A stretch of 64,000 bases of DNA from NCBI GenBank assembly GCA_030704615.1, contig CM060732.1, positions 82,522,001 through 82,586,000 of the forward strand. Reading direction: 5' to 3'. Position 1 is the stretch's first letter; the number at the start of each line of letters is the position of its first letter. The stretch comes from Takakia lepidozioides (lineage: Eukaryota > Plantae > Bryophyta). The notes under the pieces were generated by a model, which did no database searches, was not told the origin of the DNA, and saw nothing but the letters and a program-made list of their open reading frames with translations. A program made the translations under genes and the position numbers. This document shows, in pieces, positions 25,776-39,661 of the stretch.

Positions 25776-28700
25776 ATGGAAAAGATAGAACGCAATGGCA
25801 GCCCCATTTTGGACCGACAGAGGAGTGTTGCTAGCGCTGGCTCCTTGTCTCCAGCAAAATCACCTTCGCATCATGTCCGATCAGCTTCCCAGCCGGGGTC
25901 AGGGACTCTCACTTCAGTCAGGAAAAGCCAGAATTATGCCGCCAAGGCTGCCGCGGCACGCCTTGCTCAAGTCATGCAAGCCAACCGTGACTCTGTTGAC
26001 GACGAGGAGGAAGATGACATGCAGTTTCAACGTTACACTCCGTCGTATGGGTTGAATGTTTCCAGAGATCAGTCTCCTAAGGTTAGTTTTTCTTCCCCAT
26101 CTGTTGCGATTGACCGAGTGTTGGACTATCCTCAGTGATCCTGTATGTTTGGCTCAGGAGGGGTTTGCAAAGTATCTGAATTCCTTGAAAGGCCAGTTCC
26201 CTGCTGAAAATGTGTTCCTGCCGGTTAAGATGGTCGAGTTTCATTTTTCAGATCCTTGCCTGGGTCTTGAGTATTGTCTAATTTCATAACCCTGTATTCA
26301 ATTGGTTGATGAGAGAGCCCTTCCCCGCCCACGCAGTGTTTGTAGCTCTCTTCACTATGTTTGAGAAGTTATGGTGGAAAAGAATGTTTACACAGGCCAT
26401 GTGCAAGCCTTCTTCTTCCTTTGACTTTTCCCCCCAGGTGGTTCCCCCAGGATTTGGTCCCTCACACACAAGCAGATAGCGCAATATGTAGGGCACTCTG
26501 GCCGCCTTTAGGTGATTCTTCACATAAGCCCATGCTGGAGGATGCATACGCACCTAGTTGGGGTTCTGAAATGAACTTTGACATAAAAGAAATACTCATA
26601 AAACATTGAAAGTTTGCTATGTGGTAGGGCTTCATGATCAGGCACCCGACACCTACACACTCTATTTTAAGCCTTGCTTGTAAATCATCAAACCTTTAAT
26701 CACCAGAAAAATAAATTTCACAAATGGGATACAGCTGGCTGTAAGCTTGTCTCTCAAATTGGAGAATCCACGTCCTGTACGGTCGGGAGGAGACGTAGGT
26801 GGTGGGTACTTATGATGGAGAAATATGGTTTTTGTACTGTGTGTTTTTCATGTCATAGAACTTTCTCCATGACGCCTGCCCTCTTGTATATAGGTGTACG
26901 GTTGCAAAGGCTTGGGTTTCACTGATTGTTTTACTTCTTTGATGGACAGCTGTTGAGGCCATATGAGCCTCTGCCTGGGCGAACTACAACTTACACTGAT
27001 ACAAGTGTGGGGATTCGCCCAGTGTCTACTGGTCGAAGCACGTTGAGCCAACGGCCCACCCCCATGGTTCCACCTGCACCCATTATCCACCGGCCAAGGA
27101 TGGCGCTCCCCACAGGCTCTGCAACCTTGCGCATGCCAGATCCAGCTGCAGAGCCAATCACTGAGCGCAGCAGAAGGTGAGGTCTGCTGTTAAGAAGTCT
27201 TCAACCTTTTTCAAAAGAAGGGTTAGCAATCTTGTTGTCTGTTTTATTCCTGAAGGTTGCTGGCTTTTGGGACGATAGGGGCTCCAGGAAATGTGAAACA
27301 TTCAGATAGGATTTTTAATTCGAAAATACTGATGAACCACTCATGCACAAGACATAGCTACTTGTGCGACAATTATTTGCTTTTTCTTCAGTATGTTGAC
27401 CAGGGTGGTGGGGTTTTTGACATCTATAACACCAGGAATCATTGAACTTGATGTTTTATCTGCAAGCTGGGTAGTGTCTTAACTCGGGAAACTCACAGAT
27501 TCTCTGCAGATATGGTGAATTTAAATGCAAGGCATGACAATATAGGGCCGAATTCGCGCAGAGAAACAGCAGTATTACATGATCAGGTCTGTACTCTAGT
27601 TTTCCCTGGGTCATAAGTGGCAGATCAGAAAACAGAGAAGAAGTTTCAACTGATGAAGAGACTGAATTACTTTCCAACTTTGGCATGACCACTGCTAGCT
27701 TTGCGTTTGGTGAAGGTTGCAATGCTGTCTATGATGGTGTTGGCAAGTGAAATTTCTACTCAGTAGTTTGGATGGTTTAGACGTTGAAGTTGGTTCCAAA
27801 GCTTTGATGGCCAAAGACCTAAAAGTGCATGGTTGAGTAAGTAAGATTAAGTCACATGCTGCAGTTGGTAGGGTGCCTTTCCTCAAATCAGACAACTTTC
27901 GCTTCTCTTGAAGAGTGCCCTGGGGTGCTTCCTTTCAGACACCTGCCCACCAAACTGCATAACAGAGACAATTACGTATGCTTCAGATGAAAAAATCTAT
28001 TAGACTATCATGAGTGGTTGTGAAATGGACTTCAATGTCTGATTGTCTCCATGCAGAATGTTTGATACTCTCATCAAATTGCTAATACAGGGTGGTTATG
28101 TTGCAGATTGATATTCTCCAGGAGGAAAATGAAACTCTTTTAGATAAGGTATGTTGTTCACACAATGCAATCTTGGTGCTATTAAGTTTGCAAATGGTTT
28201 GCATGCTCATAATGTCTTTTTACATATTCTGGTATCCAACGACTGTGTCCTCTTTTATCAACCCAACATCTTCGTAGGGACCAATATAACCTTGTGATGA
28301 TCTTGTTCTCTCCACAATTATGCAATAACAAGATTTCACTATCTTTGAGAATCCCTGCAGGAACCCTGTAGCGTTCAAAGTGCAGAGCATTTATAGAGCT
28401 TACGAGATGAAATCCTCTCAAGGGCTGTGACTAAACTCAGCTGTAGTGTTTGAAAAGAGAAACTGAAGGCCACATCAGAGAAGGTGGCTTCAAAGTGTGT
28501 TCTTCATTGGTCTCGGGAAGCTGTAATACCTATGGCCCTGACTTGTTGTAGTGTGAGGTTTGAGCCAGGTGGCATAATTCTGGCATTTCTTTACTGGTAT
28601 GAGGGGACATGTGGGTTCCTGTCTTACTCCATCACGAGCAAACTAATATGTTGCTGGTGATATTAGCACCGTGATGCAAACAAAAGTGGTCAACTGGATC

Positions 28701-31700
28701 CCCTGATTAAAGGAGGTCCTCTGGAGAGCCCACCACATGTGATGTTGAGGGTTTAGGGCAGATAAATATACATGACAATGCCAGTTACCTGTCTAACAGA
28801 TTCCTATTCTTATTGCCTGGAGCACACATGGTTTTGATTATGAATTTTTGCTTGATACCTCTTCCCTCCCTCCTTTGGACCAAGGCAACAGGTTTTGTGT
28901 AATATCAATTGTGAAGATGGCCTCCATGAATGGCTGCATGTTATGTTCTTTCGTAAGCAAACATGTGGTGCTCGAGTGGAAAGCTGAGATTAGGTCAGCC
29001 TGTGAAAGTACAAAACTCCTGTGGAAAATGGATGGCAGTTGTTGGCGAACTGCTTATTTTTCTTGAAGTTTGGAAATCAGTATTTTGGTAGCAGAGGTGC
29101 AGGCTAGTTGTCAAGCCCGTCGTGGCCACACAGTAGATCTTAGTGTAGGTGCATAAGAAGAATGGAGGTATTGAATTGCAGGCAGTGTATGCACGTAGAA
29201 TGTAAGGTTTGTGTGCCTTGCAGCTTCGGCTTATGGAAGAAAAACTTGAAGGAAAGGAGACCAGGTCTCGTGAGCTCGAGAAGCAGGTATGCACACCAGC
29301 TGAGTATGGTTTATGCTGTTCTTGGTCAGGACATGATCTGGTCTAGGATTACAAGTTTTGATGGCACTCTCACTGGAGGACCTATGTATGAAGACCCGAT
29401 TCTGAGTTAGGGCCGACCTTCTCATGGTTGACAAAAGGATCGTAAGGCTTCGATTACTTATGGATCATTGTATCATGCTAAGGTTCACAAATTTGTAGTA
29501 TTGAAGCTACCTCCAGGAAAAGTCACCTGAGAATCATCTGGGATGCCTTTGAAAGTAGATGTGACAAGTTAATGGGTTGGTGTCATTGTCAGGTAGCATC
29601 ACTTGGGGAAGGCATCACGTTGGAATCCCGGCTTCTGATCAGGTATTCCATGTGCCCTTTTACATCACACCACTCTAAGCCGATGTTTTGTGTGCCCGAG
29701 CTTGAGACAACCTTTTAGGGTACAAGCTCTTTGTCAAAGTATTTTACGATGACCAGTAGGCTCAATCTAAGGTCAATTGCTTTTCCAATCACCACCGTTG
29801 TTTAGGGCCAACTCTCTGCCCAAAAATCCCCTACCCTAAGCGGGTTATAGGGTTTCAGCCAACCAGGGTTCATGAGACTCTAACGGACGTTTGCGCTTCA
29901 GCATAGCCAACTGGATGCAGGCCATTGATGTTGATATCTGCTCTGGCTTTGAATCACTCTATAGAGGATGAGGTTGTCTCGAGGCCTGCTGCTGTAGTTG
30001 GAACCAGATGGAGCAGAATAAATTTTTATTACATCCACAGCAGGCCTATAAAGCAAATTGCAGATGTGTAATACCCACAAAAGCCCAGAGGGAGGGATCA
30101 CGATGGAAGATGGGAGTTTGTGAGACCCTTTCCAGTATAGTGAAATTGTCATCTTAATAACAGGTGTATCTATCGAGGATTGAAACAGCAAGGTTAAAGC
30201 GATAATGTTGTGTTGTGTCTCTTGTGCAGAAAGGAACAGTTTTTAAAGCAGCGCGAGGTAAGGAGACCTTGTCTGAAATCTTTCGTTGTTATGGATGGTT
30301 AACACAATCTCTGCCTTAGGGTGGCAAAATAATCTGCAGAAACTGGGTTATAAGTCTGATGATTGATATCCATTTCCTGTCTGTGTCAGTGTGCACAGGT
30401 TTGTTTGTGTGTGTGAGAGAGAATGTACTCACAAGACTTTGTTTGCCATAGAATTGTGGCCATCGACCCCATGTGTCTGTGAGAGAATAAGTGAGAGAGG
30501 AAGAAAGAAATTTAATATTGTCCATGGGAGGCTGACAGGGCCCATGACACACAGTAGAACCACAGAAACCAAAGAACAAGCAAACCCAAAAGTTGCAGGC
30601 AGGCCTAGTGCTGCATGTGGATTAGAGAGCCTAGAGAGTGCACAAAGAAATGAAGAAAGGAACTTTATGATGTCCATGGGAAGCTTACAGCGCTTATAGG
30701 ACAAAAGAAGGAGGATTCAACAAAGAAAGTTGGGCCCGCAACAAGCAGCCCAAAACAACTACTTTTAACGTCAAGAGATGTTCTGAGGTGGAGAGTCTCC
30801 TTGTAGAGAGTGGCCAAGTAGAACTGATCCTTGTAGTGATAGACCTTAGGGAGGTATTGATTATCCCGGAATAGACAATAGCATCGACCCCAAATCTCTA
30901 ATAGAGAGGACAGTGAAAGAAGAAATTTTCTTCAGTCTCAATCTCCGGTCTGTCAATCTCTAGCCCAAGCACAGCACAAGCGGTCAGCATTGTCCAGGTT
31001 GTCCCATCTATCAGTCTCTATCCGCAGGCTGTGTGAGCCTACTCTGAACCTACCCAATACCGGTAGAAGAACTGGTGATAGAGCTGCAGACAAAGGTAAT
31101 TGAGTTGTAAGATCCTATTGTTGTGTATGACTAGGAACATTTTGTGGGTGAACACAGCTTGCTTGTAAGATTCTCTGGTTCCAGGTCCACTGAACTGACT
31201 AATAAGGTTGTCGCTGTAATGTTTGGAAGAATTTGGTGCCCTTCTAGATTTTATAGAAGTTAGCATGCAACAGATAGGCTGTGTTATTCAAAGAAATGAG
31301 ACCTAAGCATTATGACAGGTCTCCACATCAGCTGCTTTGAGTCTCATAGAGGTTGTGAGGGCATGGACTGGCAACCACTTGGGGGGGGAGAGATGTCAAC
31401 CTTGTGAAGATGATTGTTTTCGAATTATGGCTTCAAGTTCAAGTTGTATGCAAGCAAATTCAGTGTATAAAATTTGAGATGGTGTTGTACATCTAGCCCC
31501 AAGCATGCCTGGAAGGTTTTCCAGATTTTTCTCCCACAAGAAACAAAGAAAAGAACAAGGAAGAAAGATACTTTGAAACATGGTTAGGAACCCAAAGGCC
31601 AGTGGGACAAAGTAGAACAACCCCCGCTCAAATTAACACACAGGAGGCCTGAAGAGAGAGGCGGTTCTCACCCCCTTTCCTCTTTCAAAAAAATGTAAGG

Positions 31701-34700
31701 GGAGCTTTAGAAGGTTTATGGATGTTTTGTGCTCAGTTCCATTCACTTTCTTGTCTAGATTAGAATTGGCTTGTGTAACTCATATGGAAATGGGGCTGGT
31801 ATTGCATATGGTGCAGAGCTGCCTGTGTAAATTTTTTGAGGGTATGAGGAGGGATGATGTGGTTGCTGTTGTGGCAGGCAGCATTGAAAGCTGCCAAAGA
31901 GCAGAGCAAAGATGTGAAGGATGACGAAATTGCAGCCCTGCGGCTTGAGGCTGAGGTATTAGACCTCCCCTAGTTTTCTTACCAGCAGATGGTTGAGCTT
32001 GAGGGTTAGTAGAGAGAAAGGAAGGAAGAACGAAAGAATGAAACTTGATATGTCAGCAGGAGATCCAGAGGGGCTATGGTACACACTAGAATAACACTGT
32101 GGATGTAATCACTTGTGTGTGCTTGCTGTAGGGTTTTGGACACAGGCTCTGGCCTGTGTGAGGCATGAATAAGATAGGCATGGATAAGAATGGTTTTTGA
32201 CAGTGAGACCTCAGCGGGTTTTTCTAGGCTGCAAGGGATGAAGCAATGGCAGCATCGGAGGCAGCACGGGAAGCAGAAATTGAAGTAAAGGCTCTACGGA
32301 CCATGACGCACCGGATGATTCTTACACAGGAGGAAATGGTACTCTTTTTGTCCTGTTCCACAGGACTGTTTGCAGGACTTCATGAGCATCTCATATGTGC
32401 TTCTCCAGTACCTTTCGGTGCTGAATCTTTCCAATTTCTTGTTTTCCATATCATAATTTAAGTGGATTTCCTTCAGCAGGTAAAGAAACCTTGGGTCCTG
32501 ACGCTTCATGTGAAAGATGAGTGAGATCTCTAGTCCTATGTCTCCATGTGACTCAATTATTGTGTGAAATCAAGGCACACAATCAGAAGACAAGACCTGT
32601 GTAGTTTATGTATGGAAGGTGACGTGAGCTTAAGGATTCTACATGGATGTGTGCAGGAAGAAGTGGTGTTGAAGCGCTGCTGGCTTGCTCGGTATTGGGC
32701 ATTGGCTGCCCGCCATGGTATGTGACCTCTCCTGCAAATCGCCTTCAGGAGAAGGTTGTTTTGAAGGAGTTTTAGAACATCCCTGTCTGTTGATATTCCA
32801 CACTTTATTGGCAAGCCATTTGTTGCAACATGTTTGGCATCCGCAGGAACTGCTTAGAACTGAAACTGCTGAAGCCTCATGTCAAGGATCTTCAGTTGAA
32901 AACTGTGCCTGTCTATGGTTTGTGCAATATATATAATCAGTGGGTGGGACAGAAGAGGTAACTCGTCCTGATGTGATGTGTGCATGTGTCAATTTTTCTT
33001 CCAGGTGTGCATCCTGAGATAGCACATGGTAAGTATGAGCACTGGTCATCACTGGCGCCACTGCCATTGGAGGTGGTTTTGTCAGCGGGTCAGAAAGCGA
33101 AGGAGGAACCATCCCCACATATGGAGAATGGGGCATCTGATGAGGGTTGATTTCTTTCTCAATTAGAAGAAAGTCTTACCTGAGGATTCTGTAATTGAGG
33201 TTAAGATCACAGCTAGTCTCACTGACTGGCACGCTTTGTGTTTGTTAGCGCTTGTTCTCTTGCAATTGCTTTGTCTATTCCACCTCAGAAGCTCTAACTT
33301 GAACTTCATTCTTGCCAATGGGTATGTGGACGGATGCACATCCTCTACTTTGACTTTTTGAGGAGTTTATGGCAAGTGTAAATGGGAGTGGTAAATTTTG
33401 AGGGAGATTTTCATTTGCTGTTGCCTGTTTTGTAATTTGAGTTGGTGGCTTGCAACATTCCCATTTACTCTTCCTCTCCCACCGAAGAGCCCAGATCTGG
33501 TGTGGCATATTGTGCAGCCAATCAGGTGTATGGGGGTCGAAGAAAGGCGAAAGCAACACGAGATGTGAATGACATTACTGGGGAAGGCAACATAGAGAGC
33601 ATGCTGTCTGTGGAGAAAGGTCTGCGTGAGCTGGCTTCATTGAAGGTTAGAGATGGGCCCCTGGTGTACTGAGGGAGGGAAAACAGCAGTGTTGACCATG
33701 AAAGCTGACTCTGCCAAACCAAGTTGTGACTTGCCCCAAATCTCCTGAGCTATAGAAATTGAAGATCAGCTGCTATGGCAGTCTTGTGCTCACCTTTGTG
33801 AAGGACCTGAAACAGACTCAACGATAAGGATTGGCTCCTAGTTTGCAAACATCTTGTGCAGCACAAGTTATGATTGTGCTCACTGAAAGGTGTTTATAAA
33901 CATCTTCACATGTACTATGCACCATATCCTTACTATGCCTGCGAATTCAGTGGTTTGTAAGGAGCTTAATGTGACATTTAGATGTGTTTGTTGTGGGTGG
34001 TGGGGTCATTACAGGTTGATGATGCTGTCATGCTCGCAATAGCTCAGCGTCGACGTCCATCTTCGGTTCGGGTTGGTCAGTCTCTCCGCTGGCTCCCTTC
34101 TCACCCTTTCACCCAACTTTTCCCTCCTTCCCTCCAGCTTCTGGGCAAAAGCATATAGGTCAAGTTCTGTTCAGTGTAACAGGTTGCTTTACATGGATTG
34201 AAGTTGATGAATACAACCTGTCAATTGTGTTGGTGTCATGTGATTGCAGATTCTGACCAGTCCGCAGATGGGTCAAAGATGATGGATGCTCTGGGTGAGG
34301 CCTCTTCGACCTGTGTTGGTTGGTTTCTTTTCTCGTCAAGGTCACTCTGCAATTTTTTTTGTCTATATTGCTGGTTGGTGACTGGCTTTTTGTGAGATAC
34401 TTGGATGTACACCTTTTGTGTCCTCTACAATCTTGATACTCATTGCACACATGAGTGCTTTTGCTGAAGCATCTGTAACATCCTCATATTCCTCTCACAA
34501 AGAACTCACCAAAGACCTTCAGTCCTTGTTTGTTTTTGCAAGAAGATATCAATGTATATCCTGTATGAGCCATTTAGGAGATGGAAATTGACAATGTGTG
34601 TGTGAAGTCATGTTGTTGTGTGCAAGAGTGTAGCCATGTTTGGCCCAGTTTGGATGGAGACTGATGTAGAAATGTGTATCGTGCTAATTGAGACAGATTT

Positions 34701-36142
34701 AAGTGCAGAGGAGGTGGAAGACGTCCAGTTTAAGCAGGTATTTTCCCCCACTGACTGACCCGATCTGTTATTGGTAGCGTTAGATGTGGATGTTAGATGG
34801 AGTTCTTAGTGCTTCAAGACTCGTGAGTATTCACAGAAACATTTGGTCACGTACTTACATCGCAGCATCGTGATCTGTTGTGGCTTATTCTTGGGGTAGG
34901 TTCAGTGATATGGATCTAACTAGTTTGTGATGAGGAAGGAAGGGTAATTTGTCTGCAAGGTGGAATTGTCAGTGGCTCTTTGTTGTCTTTTCCTTCTAGG
35001 ATATTGAAAGAAAAAATCAAATCTTACTGAGACTGCCTCCCTCTGGAGTGCCCACCTTAAGAGTTTTGGCAGTACAACATGACAGTCAGATCAGTGTGTG
35101 AAGGTGTAAGAAATAATGCTGAACCCTTATGCAGCATAGGCATTGGATGCTGGGATGAATCTCCAAGCATCCACACTGACCAGAGGAGAGTGTTGTGATT
35201 GTTTGCAGGCATGGTTGATCTACTTCTGGCGCCGGGCAAAGAACAACGGGGTGGAGGACGACATTGCTGATGAGCGGCTGCAATTTTGGGTTAGCCAAAG
35301 CAACCAACAACCCACTTCTCAGGACAAGGTTGACGGTTCGTCATCTGCTACTCATGAACTGCCTGCCTTTTCTGGGTTTGTGGGTCACTCTTGAGTGTTG
35401 TTCAAGATTCCTTTTGGATGCAGACTTGAATATTGGATGACTTGCATTGCAAATCTGCACTAGATGTGTAAGATCAGTAGTGAGTAATGGGATCCCATTG
35501 CAGATTTTCTGCTTCATCAGTCCTTGTTTTATGTTTCCCAGTGTCTTTGAATAGAGCTTGAAATAGATGATACTAACTAACCTTCCTGCTTAGTGCTAGC
35601 CAACATCGGTGGCTGAGACTTGTATAATGGTGTGCCCATGGATTTGACCGTAGTATGATACGTGATCCACACAACTCTTGGGAGCTGATGAAGTCTGGGG
35701 AGTAGTGGCAGCTTTTCACTGCCACAGAGGATGAAGTCAGTGGTCCAAGACTTAAGTGATTGACAGCACAATGTTTAGACTGCACTATTTTTGGTTTAAA
35801 CTTAGACTGGTTCAACATCTGTGTGGTTATGTTTTACTTCTGTATGGAGTTCTTACTTGGTACTTATCCAACCATTATCTACTGAAGAAAGTCTTAGAGT
35901 TTGAAATGCACCATAGCAAGTGTGTGCGTGTAGATTTATGAGCTGATTGATCATTTACAGTGGTGCGGGGCTTGATGGAGTTACGAAAGCTGGGGATAGA
36001 GGAGCAGCTGTGGGAGTTATCTCGCAGGGAGATTGCACATGAGGCGGCTAATCAGAAGCTGGTTGACCCTGAACATGTCTTGGGACCTTCTAGTTCCCAC
36101 CTTCAAAGGCTGGCGAGTTCGCTTAGTGTGCAGAGCACGTAG
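25776..36142 (+). CDS. SCD2: Coiled-coil domain-containing protein SCD2-like (17 coding exons)
   Basis: Phase-consistent GT-AG exons: 25776-26081, 26950-27176, 27499-27586, 28107-28148, 29224-29286, 29593-29642, 30230-30257, 31878-31955, 32228-32338, 32657-32717, 33005-33145, 33518-33645, 34015-34075, 34250-34294, 34697-34737, 35209-35335, 35961-36142. Family motifs [89 protein letters not shown]. Confidence 0.93.
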
Positions 36143-37469
36143 CTAAGAAACATATTAATTTGTGATAAATCGGCCATTGGGAGCAGAATTGTCTGCAATG
36201 ATTCCGTTGTTGTCTCATTGACCTCATTCTTCGTGCTGTGGTGCAACGTCCGGAGGGAAGTTCATGAATGGGGAGGTGGCCGGCCAAAGGACAGGCTATC
36301 AAGCATGCTGTTTCATCACAAGGAGTGTGCAGCAGGCTCTTTTTGCAGACAATCTGGCTTCTTCAAGACTACCACTGGCTTTGGGTGCCAAGAGGGTGCA
36401 GGCAGGTGTTCATTTTGTGGGTTTCTGGAAATGGTACTGGTCTTGTCATCTTAGGGAGCTGGCATATGACCAGTATACATGTCGCCCAGCATTGAGTCTG
36501 AGAGCTCACTAGTTTGACCAGGCCCTGATGTGGAATGTACCAATGAATTTTGAGGCCCTGAACAATAGAAGATGATCAGTTTTAGTTCACTTGAGGACTC
36601 AAATGTATCTGCCTAGAGAGTATAAAGGGTGTCTCAGTGTATTGAAGGTATTTTGGTAACCCTCTATATGTATATTTAAGGAGTTGAGGCTTGCAAGTCT
36701 CTTACATTGATTCTTGGGTCTGTGCAATGTCCAGTTCCTTTAGACATTCTGAGTTGTACAATGTCTCAATTAACCTTCTCACTCATATGGTATTTCATTT
36801 CCCATCTGTGAAGTTTGCTTTGCCTTTTTCACATCATAAGTTTGGCAGCTCATGATTTTGAAGGGCCAAGTGTCCTCCTGTAGGTATCATGTATCAGTCC
36901 TCTCTTTGTGACTGGCTATGTTCAGGTTGCATTGGATAGTGATAGTAGATAGAGCCATGGGAGGCTGACAAGAAACACGAGGCCAAATTACTGGAAGGCT
37001 GATACATAAGACACCTTGCTCAAGTTCACATATTGGTAATAACTATTGATGGGGCTACCTTTGTAGCCAACCTTTTGGTCTATCAAGTTTAAGTGCAATA
37101 GAGGCGCAGATTTCTTAAGAAAAAACGAGGTTGTTCCTACAGTCTATATGTTGTAGTTATATGATGGTAGAGGGACTTAATTTCAATGATGACCGTTGGG
37201 TCGGAGCTGGTTTAGTGTAGACAACCATAGGGGCCATTAGCAGTTATGAATATTTTTGTTGCCGACATGACAATTCCAGAAAACACGACAATTTTAGGGG
37301 AAAAAAAAGAACCCACAACATTAAAAACAGTAATTACTTTCCAATATAGTATAGAGGGTAATTGAAACCATAGGTATGAGAAAGGAGAGAGGCTTAGGAT
37401 ATGGAGGGAGCTATGCTTTGGGGTCACTTCTCATACTTCCCATTTATATATTGTCACTTGTAGACAACC

Positions 37470-37835
37470 AGCATGTAGCCCAGTGGTAATGGGCACATAC
37501 CATGTTGGATGTGGTTGTGGGTTCAAACCACGGTCTGGTGTGTCATGAAGGTGTCCACCTTTCAGCTGGAAGGAAGTAGCCCTTGTGGTGAAGTGACACC
37601 ATAAGTTACGCTACCTTCGGGAGGTGACAAGTAATGTGTTCGTTTAGCCCTACTTATTTTTATACCCTTTTTGAGTTGTTATTATGTATTATGGTAGAAT
37701 TAAAGTGTAATGGGGAGCATCATACCATTTCATTAGAGGTTGTGGGTTCAAAACCACTTGTGTGTTGGATGTCATAAATGTGTACCCCTTCTCATCCGAA
37801 AGCAATAGCCCTTTGGGTTCAAATGACACTATAAT
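37470..37835 (+). mobile_element. Two tandem copies of a tRNA-derived SINE-like element
   Basis: Copy at 37470-37610 has Pol III A-box-like TAGCCCAGTGG and B-box-like GGTTCAAACC; diverged second copy 37705-37835. Confidence 0.7.
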
Positions 37836-38534
37836 TTGCAATTGCCTAGGCAAGAGACCATTTGTTTTGCTTGATTTATAGCATTGTAAGCTCCGACCAT
37901 GTCAACTTTTTGAATTAAAAACCGGGTCATCTCTCGGTTCCTAACATGGTTCTCTACCCCTATACCGGAGGTCCAGATCTGGCGGGTAATTGCATGAAAG
38001 AACCAGTATAAAACATACCGGCGAGAATCCAAATCAGAGATGCCCTGCACCAGAGGTTATGTGACTCTCCATATTTGGAAGTACCCAGCCCCAGAGGTTT
38101 CTATTCACCTTCCACAATATAGAACCTACCATGCCGGTTCTACCCAAAACTAGAGAACCTCCCAACACTCGTCTTAACCTCAAAGGAAGGAGGGTGGAGA
38201 TGCCAGTGAATGTGCAAGCTAGTGGTACAAGGATGTGATTTACATTGACTCAAGGTTTTGTTAGTGTAGGCCTCAAATCTTTAGGAAATTTTGACAGTGA
38301 CAATGTGTTATGATGGCGTGTAGATTGCTTACTGAAGTGGCCATTTTGGGATTGGAGGATTTTGTGTACCTATAAATATTTTTCCCCTTGGCCACCATTC
38401 TATGAGGTTAATTTGCCTCAAGGTGGGTTAAGGCTGGTTTTAGTCAAGGGCTCTCTAAACAGCACCATGAGAAACATACAAACATGTCCACCTTTAAAAT
38501 GATGAACGAACTTGAGCACAGGCTGCCCCTCTAA

Positions 38535-39293
38535 AGCTCCGGCCACACCTCGAGTTAGGAAAAATGTTAAGACCAGAGTTAACACCAAGTTACCCGCACG
38601 TCGTACAAAACCCTAATTTAGCTGTCCTTTAACATTGAGTTAATTCATGTAAAACTCCTTCCCCGTTCACACTTGAGTGTTGGTGGTACATGGCTCTCCC
38701 TGGTGGCCCTACCATCATGTCTACTCATTCACACTGGTATGATGGCGGCGGGATGGCAACTCAGTGTTACGTCGTCTCTCCCGTTCCCATCTGGTCCTCT
38801 ACCTCGCTCTTCCAGCGTTGTTTCTTTGTTTGTTTTTGCTCTCTGGATGCTCTCATTTCGCTAGCTGTTCTTGCATAGAAATGGACACGCCTCCATTGCC
38901 TCCATGGCAGGATTGTACCATGTAGAGCCTGCGACTGTACCGTGTAGAGCACAGACAGAGTAGTAGAGCGAAGGTGATGCGGGGGAAGGAGGTCCGGGTG
39001 ATCAAGGGGGGACTTAGGGGAACATAGGGGAATGCCAAAAGGGGGGGAACGTAGGGAATGCTACATAACACCATGTTATTTGGCCTGTTTCTGTGGTGAT
39101 AGCTTAACAGTGTCATTTCAATGTATATGAAATAAATACTTAACATTGAGTGTTAATTATCATTTTCTTAACATCAACTTGTCTCCGCCCCAATCTGATG
39201 TTAGCTACCACCGGCAGGTGTGGATCCAGAGCGATTTTATTTTTTTTATAACTTCCTTTTAACATTGAGTTAACTCTAGGTGTGGTCGGAGCT
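38535..39293. mobile_element. Non-autonomous PIF/Harbinger (Tourist-like) element, 759 bp
   Basis: 23-bp TIRs AGCTCCGGCCACACCTCGAGTTA / TAACTCTAGGTGTGGTCGGAGCT (2 mismatches), TAA on both flanks (38532-34, 39294-96); internal TTAACATTGAGT motifs. Confidence 0.9.
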
Positions 39294-39553
39294 TAATCAA
39301 GCTCATTACTAATCATATTTACTTTCATCTTCAACTTTGAGAAGCTCCACCATCTACACCAGAATTATTCCTTCCACTGAAAATCACTTTCCCATAGTCG
39401 GAGCTGTTGCACATGCAGTTATTTTCATGGTAAGAGATTACGATCCAACAACTCAATACAACAATTTATTAGATTTGTTCTTCAACACCGTGATGCAATA
39501 ATATCACACCCTAACTGAGCTTGTATCTTTCTAGGTCCATAGCTTCGGTTTGA

Positions 39554-39658
<105 letters not shown>

Positions 39659-39661
39659 TAA

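Noticed and set aside
37470-37545. Functional tRNA gene
   Set aside because: A/B-box-like motifs but no convincing cloverleaf; part of a longer dispersed repeat.
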